From Octopus sinensis (taxonomy: Eukaryota): a stretch of 64,000 bases of DNA. The position numbers were made by a program, and so were the translations under genes. Location: NCBI RefSeq assembly GCF_006345805.1, contig NC_043016.1, positions 434,001 through 498,000 of the forward strand, in the 5' to 3' direction. The notes under the pieces are model-generated. The model saw nothing but the letters and a program-made list of their open reading frames with translations, ran no database searches and was not told the origin of the DNA. Below are positions 62,790 through 64,000 of this stretch, one piece after another (the stretch's first letter is position 1; each line of letters begins with the position of its first letter).

Positions 62790-63352
62790 GAGTGAGAGAG
62801 CAGTTCATGCCATCAAAGTGACACTGGGGTAAAATATACAAAGCCCAGTATACCCATCATGACTACCCGTCTGATAAGGGTACACTAGGCACATGCATCA
62901 CAACCATATGTGCGCGACATGGTAATCTCATATCAAGATAAACAATACATGACCTTGCAGGTGGGGGCCCAGTTAGAATTGTCTTCTGGTCGAGTAACCC
63001 ATCCTGCTCAAAAGGTCCCTGAATAAGGATTGTTTAAGGATGTTGAACTAAACACCCATGTTTCCAGAGGTGAACTATTCAAACCCCAAAGAATCCCTCT
63101 CAACACATGACTATGATGCTCCCCCCATCGATGCTCCACCACTTCTTCTGCTCGTGATCAGAGATGCACATATCGTCAGCCACTAAGGGACATGCTCAAC
63201 TGGTTAAGGGTCAAACAACTGACAAGCAAATCTGTGGTATTGAGCAGAATATTTGCTGTAGCCCATCTTTTATACCAAGACAAAACAATGTACATGATAA
63301 CACTTCCAATCAGTTAAGATCAAAAGCTACGAGAGCCACTGCCTGGTACTGT
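62790..63352 (-). mobile_element. Non-coding LINE-like 3' fragment flanked by (ATT)n on both sides
   Basis: GC-richer 560-bp block; the minus-strand end ctgctctctcactc runs into (AAT)n and the other end abuts gtattattattat. No ORF; clade is inferred only. Confidence 0.45.
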
Positions 63353-64000
63353 ATTATTATTATAAGGTAAGGCGGACAAAATGTTTGGCGATACTTCGTC
63401 CATCTTTACGTTTTGAGTTCAAATGCCACCGTGGTCGACTTTACCTTTCATCCTTTCGGGGTCGATAAATTAAGCACCAGTTGTATACTGGTGTCAATGT
63501 TATTGACTTACATTTCCCTCGAAATGGTTGAGCTTGTACCAAAATTTGAAACCATTATTGTTATCATCAAGGCGGCGAGCTGGCAGAATCGTTAGCGCGC
63601 CGGGAAAAAATGTTTAGCAGTATTTCCTCTGTGTGTACGTTCTGAGTTCAAATTCTGCCGTGGTCGACTTTGCCTTTCATCCTTTGTGGTCAATAAAATA
63701 AAAACCAGTCGAGCAATTGTAAGTCGATGTAATTGACTTACCATGTCCTCTGAAATTGCTGGCCTTGTGGCAAACTGGCAGAATCGTTAGCACTCCAAGA
63801 AAAATGCTTAACAGTATTTCGTTCGTCTTTGCCTTCTTAGTCCAAATTCCGCTGAAGTCGACTTTGCCTTTCATCCCTTCGTGATCAATAAAATAAGTAC
63901 CAGTTGAGCACCGGGGTCGATGCAATCGATTTAGTCCCTTTCCCAAATCTGGTAGCCTTGTGCCAAAATTTGAAATTATTATAAGTAATATTATCATTGT

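Overview
AT-rich, microsatellite-dense eukaryotic DNA. The SINE families and repeat landscape point to a coleoid cephalopod, most likely Octopus (inference). I could assemble one host gene: a minus-strand vitamin K epoxide reductase (VKORC1-family) with three coding exons (23807-23994, 18501-18610, 15714-15907). It encodes 163 aa with both loop cysteines and a CILC active site, and has the same intron phases as human VKORC1. The rest is mostly mobile DNA: several tRNA-headed SINE families, fragments of RTE, CR1, RLE-type and Penelope retroelements, hAT/piggyBac/Tc1-mariner MITEs, Helentron-like elements, a 31-bp minisatellite and kb-scale microsatellites, plus one 100-N gap. The most interesting signal is RNA structure. 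Five hammerhead-ribozyme (HHR) motifs from three repeat families are visible. Two lie in diverged copies of a non-coding ~476-bp direct-repeat unit (31733-32375 and 39477-40080) whose stems I, II and III all co-vary; both copies also start with an inverted segment. This looks like a retrozyme or Penelope pseudo-LTR family. A third HHR lies in the tail of a tRNA-headed SINE. All structures and alignments were read by eye; none were computed or searched.
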